Assembly: GCA_018668255.1 (NCBI GenBank) | Contig: JABISZ010000010.1 | Location: forward strand, 48,724-112,723 | DNA from: Pseudomonadota bacterium | GTDB taxonomy: Bacteria; Pseudomonadota; Gammaproteobacteria; Ga0077536 | Length of the DNA stretch: 64,000 nucleotides | Reading direction: 5' to 3' | Shown here: in pieces, positions 32,278 to 42,173 of the stretch | How positions within the stretch are numbered: position 1 is the stretch's first letter | Layout: every line of letters starts with the position of its first letter | Notes under the pieces: generated by a model | What the model was told of the DNA's origin: nothing | Databases searched by the model: none | Seen by the model: the letters and a program-made list of their open reading frames with translations, nothing else | Program-made: the position numbers and the translations under genes

Positions 32278-32916
32278 TTAAGTAGAACCTTTACATAAAC
32301 GGGAAAACCCAGCCGATAAAAATGGAACCATGCGTAAATGTATCTCAGATAAATCGGAGCCACGGCAGGTGTCTCCAGAGAGTAAATCTATGCGACCAGT
32401 CTGTGCAAATGTCATAGTCATAGCACCAAGAAGAAAATGAAAACTCCAATAGACATCCTCCGTCTTAGCAACAGGGAACCTCACTCGTACGCGACGGATA
32501 AACTCAATCGCTACCGGATCGAACTCCGCTGACATGATCTCGCTCGTCCATCGGGGTGAGTTTGCAATCTGAGCGACTACACGAGCATAGTCTCTCCAGC
32601 CCTCACCTCCAAATAAACTTCGCCGAAGAAACGGACCAATGAAAGCCTCTATCAAATCTTCGCTTTCTGCTCTATCAGAAAGCGCGTTCAAAGCTTCCAT
32701 CCTCTCGTTGTTGAGGATTACAGAGCGTCGCTGAATAACAGCGCGAAAAAGTCCTAACTTAGAACCAAAATGATAATTTGGCAGAGCCAATTCTACTCCA
32801 GCAAGCTTAGTAATCATCCTCAAAGACACTCCGTCATAACCGCTTTCGGCAAATAGGGCCTCAGCTGAGTCTAAGATGCGCTGAGGCGTTGAAGTTTTGT
32901 CAGTTTTTTTATTCAC
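32278..32916 (-). CDS. TetR/AcrR family transcriptional regulator
   Basis: 212 aa with an N-terminal HTH typical of TetR. It is divergent from hyuA and has a palindromic operator in the intergenic region. Confidence 0.8.
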   Translation of the reverse strand: MNKKTDKTSTPQRILDSAEALFAESGYDGVSLRMITKLAGVELALPNYHFGSKLGLFRAVIQRRSVILNNERMEALNALSDRAESEDLIEAFIGPFLRRSLFGGEGWRDYARVVAQIANSPRWTSEIMSAEFDPVAIEFIRRVRVRFPVAKTEDVYWSFHFLLGAMTMTFAQTGRIDLLSGDTCRGSDLSEIHLRMVPFLSAGFSRLCKGST

Positions 32917-32938
32917 AGGTGGTTGCTCTTTATTTCTA

Positions 32939-32980
32939 ATTTACGCTATATTTGAACACATGTTCAAATATAGCGTAAAT
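32939..32980. promoter_or_regulatory. Palindromic operator with 20-bp arms and a 2-nt spacer (candidate TetR binding site)
   Basis: ATTTACGCTATATTTGAACA-CA-TGTTCAAATATAGCGTAAAT, checked base by base, is a perfect inverted repeat. It lies between the divergent TetR gene and the TTG start of hyuA (33024). Confidence 0.75.
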
Positions 32981-33023
32981 ACATAATATCCATAGTAGGT
33001 ATCTTTTTAACAGGGGAATAGCG

Positions 33024-35129
33024 TTGAGCTCTTATATTTGCGGTCTAGATATAGGCGGAACTTTTACAGATTGCGTGCTCATAGACGAACATGGCGATCT
33101 TACAATCGCAAAATCACCTTCCACACCATCCGATTTTGCAGTTGGTGTGTTGAATGCTATAGAAAGAGCTGCCGTAAAAATTGGCCTCTCAACCCCGGAT
33201 CTTCTTGACTCAATTAACGTGTTAGCTCACGGAACTACAGTAGGAACTAACACTATAATTCAAAGACGGGGAGCTAAAGTTGGGCTCATTACGACAAAAG
33301 GCCATAACGATGTTATTCATATTATGCGAGGCTCTCGAGGGCTTGCAGGCCAAGATATCAAGTTAATTGTCCACATCCCTGAAAGCAGTAAGCCTAAACC
33401 TCTGATTCCTAAAAGATTGATTCGCGGAGTGTCTGAACGAGTCGACTGCTTTGGAAAAATTGTCGTTGAGTTAAATGAACTAGAAGTAGAAACCGCAATC
33501 AGAGAACTTCAAGATGCGGGATGCGACGCATTAGCCGTCTGCTGTCTCTGGTCTTTTCTCGAACCGAAACATGAGCAAAGGATCAAGGCCATCGCTCATA
33601 AAATAGCTCCAGAAATGTACGTTACGTGCTCTACCGATTTAGCTCCGAAATGGGGTGAGTATGAACGCACTACCGCTGTCGCTCTTAATGCATACATTGG
33701 ACCTATTACTGTCGGGTACATTACTCGCTTAGATAAACAGCTAAAAGAAATGGGTTATAAACCTCCACTGCAGATAACGCATTGTGCTGGAGGGACAATT
33801 ACTGTGCCAAAAGCACAGGAGGCTCCTTTACTAACCCTCGATTCAGGACCTGTATCAGGTGTCACAGGCTCTGTTTTCCTAGGTGGCTTGATGGGCTATC
33901 CCAACGTAATTACCACTGATCTCGGCGGCACCTCCTTTGATGTCGGTGTGATACACAATGGCAGTCCTGTAGTCTCTTATAAAAGCACAGTTAATCAGTA
34001 TGAATATTTTCTACCCAAAGTTGATGTCCAAACATTAGGTACTGGAGGTGGCAGTAAAGTTTGGATAGATCAGACAACAAATTCTCTTCGGGTAGGTCCC
34101 AATAGTGCTGGAGCGGATCCAGGACCGGTATGCTATGGGAAAGGAGGAACTACTCCGACAACGACTGACGCTGATCTTGTTCTAGGCTATCTCGACCCCA
34201 ATAACTTTGCAGCAGGAACGATTAAACTGGACCATAAAGCGGCAACTGAGGCTCTACAAAAGATAGCAGATGAACTCGAAATGACACTTTTTGAGCTTGC
34301 CAGCGGCGTTGCTACTATCGCTGAATTCCAGATGGCAGATCTAATTCGTAAAGTGACCGTACAAAAAGGCCTAGACCCACGAGAATTTGTCGTGTTCGCT
34401 TTTGGTGGCGCAGGTCCTGTACATATGGGCGTCGCTGCACGGGAGCTAGGAGTTGACAAGGTCATAGTCCCACAAGGCGATACTGCGGCGGTCTGGTGCG
34501 CATTTGGAGCAGCCTCCGCAGATATTCTCCATGTTGGAGAACAAGCGAAAATTATTTCATCTCCATTCAACTTAACCGAAATCAATAAGATTCTGAACGG
34601 GTTGTCTTTGAAAGGAAGCCAACAGTTGCAGAGCGATGGTATAGAACAGGCGAAGCATCAGTTTCAATATTCATTGGACATGAGACATCGTGGCCAAATT
34701 AATGAAGTCGAAGTGTTTATAGATAGTGGAATACTCGATGAGAAAGCACTTGAGGCGTTAAGAGAGAAGTTCGTAGCTCGGTACGAGCAACTATACGGCC
34801 GTGGCTCTGCAATGCATGATGCTCGACTAGAAATCGTAACGGCGAGGTGCCGCTCATCTGCTCTATCATTAAAACCTAAACTTAAAGAGTTTTCTTTAAC
34901 ATTAGAGCCTCTCCCCGCGGACGCCAAAACTGGGACCAGGGATATCTATTGGGCTGAAAAACAATCTGTCGAAACAACTCCTATATTTAATGGCTATCTT
35001 TTTAAACCTGGAAACAGCGCTGAAGGGCCTTGCGTTGTCGAAACAGAAACCACGTCGATCGTTGTGCACCCTAAACAGGAAATCAGCATGGACACTTTTA
35101 GAAACTTTGTGATCAACCCCAATACCTGA
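33024..35129 (+). CDS. Hydantoinase/oxoprolinase A-type subunit (HyuA; acetone-carboxylase beta-like)
   Basis: 701 aa, TTG start, N-terminal GLDIGGTFTD ATPase (ASKHA) motif. Confidence 0.85.
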   Translation: MSSYICGLDIGGTFTDCVLIDEHGDLTIAKSPSTPSDFAVGVLNAIERAAVKIGLSTPDLLDSINVLAHGTTVGTNTIIQRRGAKVGLITTKGHNDVIHIMRGSRGLAGQDIKLIVHIPESSKPKPLIPKRLIRGVSERVDCFGKIVVELNELEVETAIRELQDAGCDALAVCCLWSFLEPKHEQRIKAIAHKIAPEMYVTCSTDLAPKWGEYERTTAVALNAYIGPITVGYITRLDKQLKEMGYKPPLQITHCAGGTITVPKAQEAPLLTLDSGPVSGVTGSVFLGGLMGYPNVITTDLGGTSFDVGVIHNGSPVVSYKSTVNQYEYFLPKVDVQTLGTGGGSKVWIDQTTNSLRVGPNSAGADPGPVCYGKGGTTPTTTDADLVLGYLDPNNFAAGTIKLDHKAATEALQKIADELEMTLFELASGVATIAEFQMADLIRKVTVQKGLDPREFVVFAFGGAGPVHMGVAARELGVDKVIVPQGDTAAVWCAFGAASADILHVGEQAKIISSPFNLTEINKILNGLSLKGSQQLQSDGIEQAKHQFQYSLDMRHRGQINEVEVFIDSGILDEKALEALREKFVARYEQLYGRGSAMHDARLEIVTARCRSSALSLKPKLKEFSLTLEPLPADAKTGTRDIYWAEKQSVETTPIFNGYLFKPGNSAEGPCVVETETTSIVVHPKQEISMDTFRNFVINPNT

Positions 35130-35140
35130 GGTTATTTCAG

Positions 35141-37420
35141 ATGCCACGAATAAGCGAAATGACTGACGTAGACTTCAATGGAATTGAAAATCCCTACGTG
35201 CCACCGAAAATCCTGAAAATAGCCTCAAAACTAAGGCTTCATCAAACCTGGGACAAAGAAGTCGACCCGGTAACTTATGAAGTTATCCGTCATAACCTTT
35301 GGCAAATTAATGAAGAGCATGGGGCAACGATACAGCGCCTGTCGGGGTCTCCTGTCGCAATGTACGCTCTCGACTTAAACCCATCCATCCTGACTGAAGA
35401 TGCAGAGTTCGTATACTTTGGCCCTTATATGCAATACATGTCTGGTGTGACAGACACCCAAGTAAAATGGACTCTGGAATACCGAAGTGAGAATCCTGGG
35501 ATAAATGAGGGGGACATGTTTATAGCCAATGATCCGTGGGTAGGGGCGGCTCATCAACAAGATGTGATGCTACTTTGTCCAGTTTTTTGGGAAGGAGAGC
35601 TTTTCTGTTGGATAACAAACTGTCTTCACCAATATGACATCGGAGGGATAACTCCCGGCAGCTTCTGTCCATCTGCGGAATCAGTTTACGAAGAAGGACT
35701 AATGCTTCCACCTCTCAAGATAATTGAAAACTATGAAGTCAGAAAAGATATTGAAGCCGTATATCTAAGGTCGTCCAGAAAGCCTGATTTAGTAGCGTTA
35801 GACTTCCGAGCCCAAATTGCAGGTAACACAACTGCGCGTGATCGAATTTTAGAGCTCATCAAGCGCTATGGAGCAGCCACACTGAAAGGTGTAATGAAAA
35901 GGATTATAGACAACTCGGAAAAATCCTACTTAGATAAAATGTCACGCTTACCTGACGGAGAATGGTCTGATCGAACGTATATAGAGGCTTGCCGCCCGGG
36001 TGACAGACGAACTCATCGGGTCATGTTAGGTCTTCGTAAAGAAGGCAATAAACTTATCTTTAACAATGACGGTTCTGCACCCCAGGAAGGAGCTATGAAT
36101 GCAACTTACTCGGGTTGGCGTGGTTCCGTAATGGTTGCTGTGAATGAATTACTTTGCTGGGATCAGTATTTTGCATGTGGCGGTGCTTTACGGCACATTG
36201 AGTTTGACCCTACGCCGGGAACGCTCAATTGTGCAGACTTCCCATCGTCCGTCTCGACTGCTCCGATACAAGCTATGGAAATTTCACTATATCCCGCCTA
36301 TAACGTCATATCCAAAATGATTTACCCCGATCCGATCATGCGAAAAGACATCATGTGTATCGGCGGCACCAGCCAATGGCCTGCTACTTTATTCAGAGGG
36401 ATCGATCAGTGGGGTGAAAAGTATGGCTATCTACTCATTGATCCTATTGGCGGCGCCATAGGCGCATTTACTATGGCAGATGGTATAAACACTGGTGGAC
36501 AAGCAAGAACGCCTATCTGTCAATTGCCTAATGTGGAACATACGGAACAAAATTTTCCTATCTTGTTCCTTTACCGCAAAGAGCTCAGTGACTCGGGTGG
36601 AGCAGGGAAATACAGAGGCGGACTTTCTGCTGAAAGCTGCTTCATCCCTCATAATACTGAATTCGTTACGCAGGACACTCTTTCTTCTGGCAATGCAATA
36701 CCTACTTCACCTGGCCTGATGGGAGGATACCCATCAACTACTAATGCCTATACATTCGTCAAAGACAGCAATATTTTTGACTGTATGGCGTCGTCACAGA
36801 TGCCAAAGGATACAGACGAATTATTAGGGAATTCCGTAACGTTGCAGCTTCGGGAACAAAACTTCACCCAAGATCCTAAAGATGTATACGCCGTCAGATG
36901 GAGTGGTGGTGGTGGATTCGGTGACCCTTTTGATAGAGCACCAGAGGATATAGAGGATGACTTGGAGTCGCTTGCTATAACCGAAAATTCTGCGGAAACA
37001 CTTTATGGTGCAATCTTAGGCAAAGATGGCCATGTTGATGTTGAAAGGACACGCGAACATAGAGCCAAAATAAGGAAATCTAGAGTTACTGAAATTAAGA
37101 AATCAAATAGGAAGGGTCAGTTGTTATCTGAAAATTCGCACTCAATCAACATTATGCGAGATGACGCCGGCACCTACTGGGCTTGCGCAAAATGTGACTT
37201 CGAATTGGGTGATATCTCAGAGAACTATAAAGAACATTGCGTGACCGAGAATCAAAGCATCGCAGTCTCCAATCCTTTGATTGGCGACGAAGCTAGATTC
37301 ATCGATAACGCGGTTGAATTTAGGCAATTCTATTGCTGCCAGTGCGGCTGCCTTCTAGACAACGAAATCGCAATCGCTGAAGATCCTTTGCTCCACGATT
37401 CAAGGCATCAGCTCAGTTAA
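35141..37420 (+). CDS. Hydantoinase B/oxoprolinase-type subunit (HyuB) fused to a C-terminal Cys4 zinc-ribbon extension
   Basis: 759 aa. The HyuB core ends near GGGGFGDP. The ~110-aa C-terminal tail carries CAKC (residue 682) and CCQCGC (residue 732). Confidence 0.8.
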   Translation: MPRISEMTDVDFNGIENPYVPPKILKIASKLRLHQTWDKEVDPVTYEVIRHNLWQINEEHGATIQRLSGSPVAMYALDLNPSILTEDAEFVYFGPYMQYMSGVTDTQVKWTLEYRSENPGINEGDMFIANDPWVGAAHQQDVMLLCPVFWEGELFCWITNCLHQYDIGGITPGSFCPSAESVYEEGLMLPPLKIIENYEVRKDIEAVYLRSSRKPDLVALDFRAQIAGNTTARDRILELIKRYGAATLKGVMKRIIDNSEKSYLDKMSRLPDGEWSDRTYIEACRPGDRRTHRVMLGLRKEGNKLIFNNDGSAPQEGAMNATYSGWRGSVMVAVNELLCWDQYFACGGALRHIEFDPTPGTLNCADFPSSVSTAPIQAMEISLYPAYNVISKMIYPDPIMRKDIMCIGGTSQWPATLFRGIDQWGEKYGYLLIDPIGGAIGAFTMADGINTGGQARTPICQLPNVEHTEQNFPILFLYRKELSDSGGAGKYRGGLSAESCFIPHNTEFVTQDTLSSGNAIPTSPGLMGGYPSTTNAYTFVKDSNIFDCMASSQMPKDTDELLGNSVTLQLREQNFTQDPKDVYAVRWSGGGGFGDPFDRAPEDIEDDLESLAITENSAETLYGAILGKDGHVDVERTREHRAKIRKSRVTEIKKSNRKGQLLSENSHSINIMRDDAGTYWACAKCDFELGDISENYKEHCVTENQSIAVSNPLIGDEARFIDNAVEFRQFYCCQCGCLLDNEIAIAEDPLLHDSRHQLS

Positions 37421-37422
37421 TG

Positions 37423-37878
37423 CTAGTGCTTGACGCGATACTCATCGTGGCAGCCTTTGCACATCTTTACAGTAACGCCAAATTGTCTCTTCATGGCCGC
37501 CTTGTCTCCTTCACTAGCAACTATGGCCAACTTCTGAGATGCAGATGCCAAATCACTCATTCTTTTTTGAAAGTCAGGCAAGTTCTCCCATAATTCAGGC
37601 CGAGCTTCAGACTTCGCATCCTTCGTAGACACGTCAAAACCCTCAGCCACCATCGGTGCCAACTGCGCTACTCGGTCTGCCAAAAAAGCAAAGCGCTCTT
37701 TATCAAACGGCACCTTCCCTTGGACCATGGCACCCATAGGCCCGATATTCCAACCTAGCGCCATCAATACACCTTGGCGATAATGAACTGCATCATCGGG
37801 TTTGGGCGCGGCTTGTGCTCCTCCCAAAAAAGCTAACAAGACGCATAGAGTTACAACGACGTTCAATACTTTTTTCAC
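37423..37878 (-). CDS. Cytochrome c' / class II cytochrome c
   Basis: 151 aa with a signal peptide and a single CKGCH heme motif near the C-terminus. Confidence 0.8.
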   Translation of the reverse strand: MKKVLNVVVTLCVLLAFLGGAQAAPKPDDAVHYRQGVLMALGWNIGPMGAMVQGKVPFDKERFAFLADRVAQLAPMVAEGFDVSTKDAKSEARPELWENLPDFQKRMSDLASASQKLAIVASEGDKAAMKRQFGVTVKMCKGCHDEYRVKH

Positions 37879-37889
37879 TTACATCCCCT

Positions 37890-38561
37890 TTATAAGTTGA
37901 ATCTAAAATTAACTATTACACAAATAATCGCAATACTCAGTAACAAAGTTGCAAAAGGTAGGAAAAAACCGTGCCGGATCTTACTTGCATTTTTATCTCT
38001 CAAATATTTATAGCCACTCAGCATCGCACCTACTAAGTGCTCGCGCTTCCAAACTCGATAAAAAAATATCGCCAAAACATGGATGATAATCAAAACAGTC
38101 AAATTATTGAAATTCGTATGGTGTACCCACGTCAGCCAATCGCTGGTGAGCTTAGTCACATTGGCATAAAGCGGCCCTTCATTAAACAAGTCGTCATTGG
38201 CAAACAAGCCCGTAGCAAACTGCACAACCAAAAGTAAAAGAAACGCTATGACTACCCAGCCACCAATAGGGTTGTGCGTTAAGTAATGTTCTGGTTGCCT
38301 GATTTTTAGCTCCAAAATAGCACGAACAACTATTCTTGGACCTCGAATAAACTCGGAGAACTTGGCAGACTGTGATCCCCAAACCCCCCAAAACAGACGA
38401 AAAAAAACAAGAATACCAATGCCGTAACCACAAAACATATGGTATTTCATCAATAGACCGCCTTCTCGCGCTGTCCACCAAGCGGACAGAATCAAAACGA
38501 CTAATAACCAATGAAAGCACCTGATCCATAGGTCCCAGACGTAAACTTTCTCACTGCTCAT
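37890..38561 (-). CDS. Cytochrome b561 family membrane protein
   Basis: 223 aa with 4 TM segments carrying conserved His pairs. Operonic with cytochrome c'. Confidence 0.75.
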   Translation of the reverse strand: MSSEKVYVWDLWIRCFHWLLVVLILSAWWTAREGGLLMKYHMFCGYGIGILVFFRLFWGVWGSQSAKFSEFIRGPRIVVRAILELKIRQPEHYLTHNPIGGWVVIAFLLLLVVQFATGLFANDDLFNEGPLYANVTKLTSDWLTWVHHTNFNNLTVLIIIHVLAIFFYRVWKREHLVGAMLSGYKYLRDKNASKIRHGFFLPFATLLLSIAIICVIVNFRFNL

Positions 38562-38738
38562 TTGAAACCTCTGGCTTTTTCAGTATGAAAAGCATAATTA
38601 ATGTGGCTATGTGCTGCAAATCAAGCTGGCTATATTGAACCATACGAAGCTGCGAAATGTTTTTCTTATTCTTCGTAAAAGTGCTATAAAAAGAATCAAG
38701 CAATCAGAAAACCAATCTCGCATCTAAAAAGAACATTC

Positions 38739-40262
38739 TTGGGGACAATAGTGAAAATCAAAAGACCTACTAGTGAGCAAATTGACTTAATCGCTGAGCA
38801 ATTCGGACTAAATCTTGAATTGGATGATATTGAGTCATTCAAGGCGCTAATGGAGGGGCCAATAGCTTCTTACGAACGGCTAGATGAGCTTTGCGAACCG
38901 AAGCCAGAAGTCAAATATCCTAGAAACCCGGGCTATCGACCTAACGCTGATGAAAATCCGAACAACGCATGGTATTACAAAACATTAATAAAGGGCGCGG
39001 CTCACGGTAAGCTCAGTGGAAAAACCATTGCTATAAAAGACAACGTCTGTGTAGCTGGAGTTCCGATGATGAATGGCTGTTCAGTACTCGAAGGGTATAT
39101 TCCAGATATAGATGCGACAGTGGTAACAAGGATCTTAGATGCGGGGGGTGAAATAGCAGGGAAGTCTGTATGCGAAAACTTATGTTTTTCCGGAGGAAGT
39201 CACACTACTGCCGCGGGACCGGTGACTAACCCTCATAATCCGGAATACACTACCGGTGGTTCTTCAAGCGGAAGTGCAGCGCTGGTTGCATCTGGTGGCG
39301 TTGACATGGCTATTGGCGGAGATCAAGGCGGTTCAATACGTATGCCAGCTAGCTGGTGTGGGGTGTATGGCTTAAAACCTACGCATGGGCTAGTGCCTTA
39401 TACGGGCGCATTTCCGATTGAGATAACCCTTGACCATTTAGGGCCCATAACTAACAACGTAACGGACTGTGCTCTGCTACTCGAAGTTATTGCTGGGGAC
39501 GATGGAATGGATCCGCGACAACGTAATTTAAAAGTAGACAAATATACGGAAGCACTTGTCACTGATATACATGAACTCAAAATTGGCGTTGTGTCTGAAG
39601 GTTTCAATTGGGAAGGTCAATCCGAACAAGATGTGGATACAAACGTGCGTGCTGCGGCTAGTCAACTAGAAAAGCTTGGAGCTCACGTTGAGGAAGTGTC
39701 TATCCCTATGCATAAAGATGGGATCCACATCTGGAATGCAATCGCTATTGAAGGTGCCAATTCCTTGATGATAAAAGGCAATAGCATGGGAACGAATTGG
39801 AAGGGCTATTACAACACTGGGTTGCTCGATTCATTTGCGAGAGGTCGTATCACTAGAGCTGACGATCTGTCAGAAACTACCAAACTGGTAATGTTAATGG
39901 GCCAGTATATGGATGAGCAGTACCATGGTCGCTATTATGCTAAGGCGCAAAATCTTGCCACTGCTCTCAAAGCAGCGTACGACTCAGCTTTTGAAAAATA
40001 CGACCTACTATTGATGCCTACTCAACCAATGAAAGCGACAAAAATACCTGAAAAATCTTGTTCCAGAGAAGATTATGTCGCTCGCGCTTTGGAAATGGTA
40101 AATAATACAGCTCCTTTTGACGTCACCGGACACCCGGCCATAACTATTCCAGTAGGCAAGTCAAAGGGACTCCCTGTAGGTATGATGCTTATCGGGAAAA
40201 GCTTTGATGAGAGTACAATACTAAGAGCAGCTTATACATACGAACAAGCGACAGTAATATAA
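38739..40262 (+). CDS. Amidase (amidase signature family)
   Basis: 507 aa with the [14 protein letters not shown] amidase signature. It is directly upstream of nitrile hydratase. Start is TTG at 38739 or GTG at 38751. Confidence 0.85.
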   Translation: MGTIVKIKRPTSEQIDLIAEQFGLNLELDDIESFKALMEGPIASYERLDELCEPKPEVKYPRNPGYRPNADENPNNAWYYKTLIKGAAHGKLSGKTIAIKDNVCVAGVPMMNGCSVLEGYIPDIDATVVTRILDAGGEIAGKSVCENLCFSGGSHTTAAGPVTNPHNPEYTTGGSSSGSAALVASGGVDMAIGGDQGGSIRMPASWCGVYGLKPTHGLVPYTGAFPIEITLDHLGPITNNVTDCALLLEVIAGDDGMDPRQRNLKVDKYTEALVTDIHELKIGVVSEGFNWEGQSEQDVDTNVRAAASQLEKLGAHVEEVSIPMHKDGIHIWNAIAIEGANSLMIKGNSMGTNWKGYYNTGLLDSFARGRITRADDLSETTKLVMLMGQYMDEQYHGRYYAKAQNLATALKAAYDSAFEKYDLLLMPTQPMKATKIPEKSCSREDYVARALEMVNNTAPFDVTGHPAITIPVGKSKGLPVGMMLIGKSFDESTILRAAYTYEQATVI

Positions 40263-40276
40263 AAGGACTAAATGAT

Positions 40277-40915
40277 ATGAGCGATCATGACCATAATCAC
40301 GACCACGCTAATAGTCGACCATTGACCGATGTAGAGCTAAGGGTCAAAGCGTTGGAACAAGTTCTCACGGAAAAAGGCCTGGTAGATCCTTCGGCTGTCG
40401 ATGCACTCATAGAAACTTATGAGACTAAAGTCGGCCCCCATAACGGCGCTCAGGTAGTGGCTCGAGCGTGGACTGATCCAGAATATAAAAAAAGACTGCT
40501 GATAAATGGGACTGAAGCTATCGCAGAGTTGGGTTATTCGGGTATACAAGGTGAAGATATGGTCGTCGTTGAAAATACTTCAAACATCCATAATGTCTTG
40601 GTCTGCACCTTATGCTCCTGTTATCCATGGCCAACCTTAGGCTTACCTCCGGTCTGGTATAAATCAGCTCCATATCGGTCTCGGGTTGTCAGTCAGCCTC
40701 GCGAGGTTTTAAAAGAGTTTGGCGTAGAGTTAGATAAAAACACAGAGGTCCGAGTATGGGATAGTACAGCTGAACTGCGTTACATGGTTTTACCGGAGCG
40801 TCCTCAAGGAACAGAGCTATTGAGTGAAAACGAACTCTCTTCCCTAGTCACTAGAGACTCGATGATAGGGGTAGAGGTGCTTAAAACAGCCGAATCTCAA
40901 GGGGTATCAGAATGA
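40277..40915 (+). CDS. Nitrile hydratase alpha subunit (cobalt-type)
   Basis: 212 aa with the [10 protein letters not shown] metal-binding motif. The Thr/Tyr variant is characteristic of Co-type NHase. Confidence 0.9.
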   Translation: MSDHDHNHDHANSRPLTDVELRVKALEQVLTEKGLVDPSAVDALIETYETKVGPHNGAQVVARAWTDPEYKKRLLINGTEAIAELGYSGIQGEDMVVVENTSNIHNVLVCTLCSCYPWPTLGLPPVWYKSAPYRSRVVSQPREVLKEFGVELDKNTEVRVWDSTAELRYMVLPERPQGTELLSENELSSLVTRDSMIGVEVLKTAESQGVSE

Positions 40916-41571
40916 ATGGCGCACATGACCTAGGTGGCATGCATGGCTTCGGGAACGTCAATCCTGAACAGAATGAACCTGTTTTTCATGAAGAGTGGGA
41001 AAAACGGGTCCTAGGCCTATTTGTTCCCGTCTCTGCCGCGGGACCATTTTGTGTTGACGAGTTTCGAGCACGTATTGAAAGAATGGGGGCAACAAACTAC
41101 CTCTCAACTAGTTATTACGAGCATTGGTTACATGCGTTTGAGACGCTCGCTGTTGAGAAAGGTGTTGTAACAAAGGAAGAGTTGAAAGCTGGAAAATCTT
41201 TCACACCCCGAGGAGAGTCTATGCCACCAGTCTTAGCCAAAGATGTACCTTACATTTCGTCTCATGGCTCTAGTGCCAGAATAGACAAGGCGATTACGCC
41301 AAAATTCAAAGCCGGCAATCTAGTCATGGTGAACAACAATCACCCAGAACATCATACGCGCTGTCCGCGATATGCAAGAGACAAACTAGGTTCTATTGAG
41401 AAAGATAATGGAGTCTTTGTTTTCCCCGATACGGCTGCCCATGGCCAAGGAGACAGCCCCCAGCATTGCTATAGCGTTCGATTCGATGCTCAAGAGTTGT
41501 GGGGAAGCGAAGCCTCCGAGAAAGATTCTGTATACATAGATCTATGGGATGATTACCTTACTTTAGCCTAG
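40912..41571 (+). CDS. Nitrile hydratase beta subunit
   Basis: 219 aa with the [15 protein letters not shown]-terminus. The start overlaps the alpha-subunit stop. Confidence 0.9.
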   Translation: MNGAHDLGGMHGFGNVNPEQNEPVFHEEWEKRVLGLFVPVSAAGPFCVDEFRARIERMGATNYLSTSYYEHWLHAFETLAVEKGVVTKEELKAGKSFTPRGESMPPVLAKDVPYISSHGSSARIDKAITPKFKAGNLVMVNNNHPEHHTRCPRYARDKLGSIEKDNGVFVFPDTAAHGQGDSPQHCYSVRFDAQELWGSEASEKDSVYIDLWDDYLTLA

Positions 41572-41623
41572 AGGCCTGATTAGAAATTTCAAACCCACCC
41601 CAACATATAAGTGTAAGCGTACT

Positions 41624-41983
41624 ATGAAAAAATCACCCTCAGAACTTGTCGCCCTAGTTGATGCCCCTCTTGACGAAAATAATGAGGTGATCTTCGCCAA
41701 CCCTTGGGAGGCAAAAGCTTTTGCTTTAGTGGTCCAAATGCATCAAGAAAATCGGTATACCTGGAAAGAATGGGCAAATCAACTTAGTCACGAAATCAAA
41801 GAATCAAATACTCTCAATGAAAAAGAGGAAGACTATTACCTTCTCTGGCTCAAAGCTGCCGAGGAACTCGTGGTAACAAAAGGTTTGTGCGCAAAGGATG
41901 AACTATCTTCAAGAAAAGAATCATTACTGCATACTCAAGAAGCACTGAAAGAAACAGCTGACCATCACCACTCTACCGGATAA
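41624..41983 (+). CDS. Nitrile hydratase accessory (activator) protein, beta-subunit-like
   Basis: 119 aa with similarity to the N-terminal region of NHase beta (PWEAKAFALVVQMHQ). Its position matches accessory proteins of Co-type NHase clusters. Confidence 0.7.
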   Translation: MKKSPSELVALVDAPLDENNEVIFANPWEAKAFALVVQMHQENRYTWKEWANQLSHEIKESNTLNEKEEDYYLLWLKAAEELVVTKGLCAKDELSSRKESLLHTQEALKETADHHHSTG

Positions 41984-42173
41984 GAAATCAAGATTTCTGC
42001 TATAGATTGAACATATATTGGGTGTGCAGCTTTACATGTCCGTTCTGTTCCTCTTCCACTGTCGGAGCTGCGGCGCGACCAGCCAAGCAAAGACAATGAT
42101 CTCTCTATTTTTCAGAGCTACTCCATTGGGTAACAGCAGTCGCGAACAGACAGTACTTTGAGCATCTCTAAAT

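Noticed and set aside
41984-42010. AGAAATCAAGATTTCT hairpin after the NHase accessory gene
   Set aside because: The stem is 6-7 bp with a loop of 2-4 nt and no following T-run. That is too weak to call a terminator.
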